Below are positions 33,818-33,966 of a stretch of DNA of 33,966 bases, in pieces. This stretch comes from Mesotaenium endlicherianum (lineage: Eukaryota): assembly GCA_009602735.1 (NCBI GenBank), contig WELA01002751.1, positions 258,349 to 292,314 on the forward strand, in the 5' to 3' direction. The notes below the pieces were generated by a model that had not been told where the DNA came from, made no database searches, and worked only from the letters and a program-made list of their open reading frames with translations. Within the stretch, counting starts at the first letter, position 1. Each line of letters opens with the position of its first letter. The translations under genes and the position numbers were made by a program.

Positions 33818-33944
33818 CTGCGCTCTTCACCCCACCCCACCCCACCTTACTCCCTTCAGCTTTCCTTCGTCCCACTGAAAGCTAGCTCAAAACGCAACCT
33901 GAGCTGACCCAACCTGAGGGTGCGATGGTGCTTGAGAGGGTCCC

Positions 33945-33966
33945 AGAGAGAGAGAGAGAGAGAGAG
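33945..33966 (+). repeat. (AG)11 microsatellite at the window end, within an MFDR intron
   Basis: Directly visible perfect dinucleotide run. Confidence 0.97.

Noticed and set aside
1..33966. CRISPR arrays, tRNA/rRNA genes or prokaryotic defence systems
   Set aside because: None seen: the sequence is eukaryotic and spliced, with no repeat-spacer array or recognisable structural RNA gene.

Overview
Intron-rich eukaryotic nuclear DNA, apparently from a green-lineage alga. A streptophyte alga is inferred from the very plant-like Deg1 and MFDR proteins; the species cannot be determined. Manual splicing with reading-frame checks gives three genes: (1) a ~30-exon minus-strand HERC-type E3 ubiquitin ligase (seven RCC1 repeats, a ~480-aa low-complexity insert, C-terminal HECT domain) at ~3564-21912, with an unresolved 5' end; (2) a 7-exon plus-strand thylakoid-lumen Deg1/DegP1 protease at 24753-29121; (3) the seven 3'-most exons of a minus-strand NADPH:adrenodoxin (mitochondrial ferredoxin) reductase from 29855 to beyond the window end. 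The 3' tail of a fourth, plus-strand gene may lie at 1-~710. Nearly all supplied ORFs are spurious readings of introns or opposite strands. The most striking pattern is that many internal introns have a C/CT-rich 5' end and a G/purine-rich 3' end with no polypyrimidine tract, and the two ends are often complementary, suggesting splicing assisted by RNA structure.
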